NCBI GenBank assembly: GCA_964476895.1
Contig: CAYZCS010000007.1
Span: 1-24,000, forward strand
Direction of reading: 5' to 3'
Source of the DNA: an uncultured Candidatus Saccharibacteria bacterium
GTDB lineage: Bacteria; Patescibacteriota; SICC01
DNA length: 24,000 bases
Positions 23,791-24,000 of the stretch are shown here, in pieces (positions within the stretch are counted from its first letter, which is position 1; each line of letters starts with the position of its first letter). The position numbers were made by a program, and so were the translations under genes. The notes below the pieces were generated by a model. It saw nothing but the letters and a program-made list of their open reading frames with translations, was not told where the DNA came from and ran no database searches.

Positions 23791-24000
23791 ACTGCTCTAC
23801 GCTACCAATAACCCCGGCAAGCTTGAGGAAGTCGGGACGTTCTTGCGGGACGTGATGCCGATCGAATCGCCGAAGGACCTGGGCTTGGATGTCGAGGTCG
23901 AGGAGACCGGTGCGACGCTCGAGGAGAACGCGCTGCTCAAGGCACGGGCGTTCCGGGCGGAGGCGCCGCCGGACATGATCGTGATGGCGGATGATACCGG
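23774..24000 (+). CDS. rdgB: RdgB/HAM1 non-canonical purine NTP pyrophosphatase, N-terminal part (runs off window)
   Basis: PELLYATNNPGKLEEVGTFLRDVMP...VEETGATLEENALLKARAF...MIVMADDT. Confidence 0.9.
   Translation, partial: MPKSPELLYATNNPGKLEEVGTFLRDVMPIESPKDLGLDVEVEETGATLEENALLKARAFRAEAPPDMIVMADDT

Noticed and set aside
1-24000. CRISPR array, toxin-antitoxin pair, restriction-modification or retron
   Set aside because: No regularly spaced repeats, no reverse transcriptase, nuclease or methylase (other than TlyA) genes were seen by reading all frames provided.

Overview
GC-rich bacterial chromosomal window, mostly housekeeping genes. Left part (minus strand): desaturase tail (plus strand), tRNA-Val(CAC), YdcF-like, GtrA-like, PRC-barrel, TlyA, TolB/WD40-like, EF-P, rpsR-ssb-rpsF, and YchF. 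Right part: PAP2, a run of tiny membrane proteins, UppP, gamma-glutamyltransferase, LysM, M16 peptidase, and an Ndk/Nudix/deoxyribosyltransferase-like/HD/RdgB nucleotide-pool series. The most notable signal is a pair of complete type III hammerhead ribozymes on the plus strand (about 10022-10070 and 10702-10752). They share the catalytic core, stem II and loop I, but have compensatory changes in stems I and III. Each lies in the 5' leader region of a gene: the first ahead of a small membrane protein, the second ahead of a metzincin-type (HEIGHNLGFCH) metalloprotease. In both, an ATG lies exactly 12 nt downstream of the last A of the GAAA core. An intrinsic terminator and a sigma70-like promoter separate the two units. 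Other observations: a protein with about four tandem LuxR-like HTH units, a 19-bp hairpin in the SPFH gene leader, a palindrome filling a promoter spacer, and an operon of tiny membrane proteins ending at a strong terminator. No CRISPR array or transposon was recognised.
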